A stretch of 64,000 nt of DNA from Lama guanicoe (lineage: Eukaryota), in assembly GCA_013239625.1 (NCBI GenBank), contig MU054187.1:17786711-17850710 (forward strand). Reading direction: 5' to 3'. A model generated the notes under the pieces. The model had not been told where the DNA came from and did not search any database. It was given only the letters and a program-made list of their open reading frames with translations. The position numbers and the translations under genes were made by a program. Positions 62,668 to 64,000 of this stretch are shown here, piece by piece. Position 1 is the stretch's first letter. Each line of letters opens with the position of its first letter.

Positions 62668-64000
62668 ATAATACTCCTCTTTATTATACTTTTAATATCT
62701 GTGGAATGTAATGGCCCCTCTTTTATTTCTAACATTAGTAATTTATGTCTTCTTTCTTATATTCTTGGTTAGCCTGGATAGAGAGTGGTTTACCAATTTT
62801 ATTTATCTTTGCAAAGAACCAGATATTGGTTTCATTGATTTTCTCTATTAATTTCTTGTTTTCAATTTCTTCAAAATTTTTTGCTAATTCTTTTCTTCTA
62901 ATTAATTTAGTTTTAATTTGCTCTTTCTTTTCTATTCTCCTAATATGGAAGCTGAGAGAAGTAACTTATATCTTTCTTCTTTTTTAATATATGTATTCAG
63001 TGCACTAGGCACTGCTTTTACTGTGTCTCACAAATTTTATTAATTTGTATTTTCTTTTCATTTAGTTCAAAATACTTTTAAATTTCTCTGAGATTTCTTC
63101 TTTGAGCCACATGTTATCTAAAAGTGTGTTTTTAAATCTCCAAATATTGTGGGATTTTCCATCTATCTTTCTGTTGTTGATTTCCAGTTTAATTACATTT
63201 TGGTTTGAGAGGATAGTTTGCACAATTTCCATTTTTTTAATTTGTTAAAATATGTTCTGTGATTCAGAATGTGTTCAACCCTAGTGAAAATTCCATGTGA
63301 GCCTGCAAAAAATGGGCATTGTGTTCTTGTGGATGAATTATTTTACAAATGTCAATTAGGTGTGGTTAATTTATAGAGCTTTTTAGTTCAATTACATCCC
63401 TACTGATTTTCTGCCTGCTGAATCTTTCAGTTACTGGTAGGGGGTGTTGAATTCTTCAATTATGATAGTGGATTTATCAGCTTCTTCTTGCAGTTTATCA
63501 GTTTTTGCTCCCCAGATTTCAGTGCAGTTTTTAGGCACAATCGCATTAATGATTGTTATATTTTCTTGGAGAACTGACCCCTTTCTTAGTATGTAATGCC
63601 CCTGTTTATTCCTGGTAGTGTTTCTTATTCTGAAGTCTTCTTTATTCTGAAGTCTGCTTTGTCTGACATAAATATAGCTACTGCAGCTTTCTTTTGATTA
63701 GTATTAACATGGCATATCATTCTCCATTTTTTCACTTTTCATCTATGTATGTATTTATATTTAAAGTGGGTTTTTTGTAGATAACATATAGTTAGGTCTT
63801 ATTTTTTTTAATCTACTCAGAGAATCTCTGTCTTTTAATTGGTATATTTTAATTTAATTTTTATAACTTAAAATGTCATTAATAGAACAAAAAGACTCAT
63901 CTCTTAAAAGTTTACTCCTGTTAAATTGCAACTGCTTCAGTCATGCTGTTAAATTTTGTACACAGGAAATGTGTTTTATCTTCTAGCATAACTTGATTTA

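Larger units (their letters stand above)
59195..63860 (-). mobile_element. Long old L1 (L1MB/MC-like; ORF2 and 3' UTR) split by nested LTRs
   Basis: Continuous antisense L1 text; minus-strand ORF remnants (e.g. 61622-61831 FLKRYKWPKLTHEEI...IKEIESTINN...SPNGFADEFYQAFK) are L1 ORF2-like. Confidence 0.85.

Noticed and set aside
1..64000. Prokaryotic-type systems (CRISPR arrays, operons, defence islands)
   Set aside because: Intron-containing mammalian DNA; no regularly spaced repeat-spacer array or long intact ORF seen.

Overview
AT-rich mammalian genomic DNA, most likely camelid (alpaca/llama/camel), judged from a tRNA-Ala-derived Vic-1-type SINE and the L1 3' ends. Two genes converge tail-to-tail. 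On +: the 3' part of ZC2HC1A (five constitutive coding exons, 1213-26057; 3' UTR to about 28.4 kb) plus a frame-preserving 117-nt candidate cassette exon at 15906-16022. On -: exons 3-6 of IL7 (48063 down to 42019; 3' UTR to about 41.1 kb); exons 1-2 lie beyond the window. All exon boundaries were read by hand and have GT/AG ends with consistent phases. The rest is mostly L1, L2, MIR, MaLR/ERV LTRs and DNA transposons; repeat family names are from recall, not RepeatMasker. No proven new system is present. The best lead is in the intergenic gap: a CTCF-like site, then a pair of IRF/ISRE motifs flanked by outward-facing splice donors. These could drive an unannotated interferon-responsive spliced transcript with a 66-aa hydrophobic ORF and an LTR-derived poly(A) signal. 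This model is inference only.
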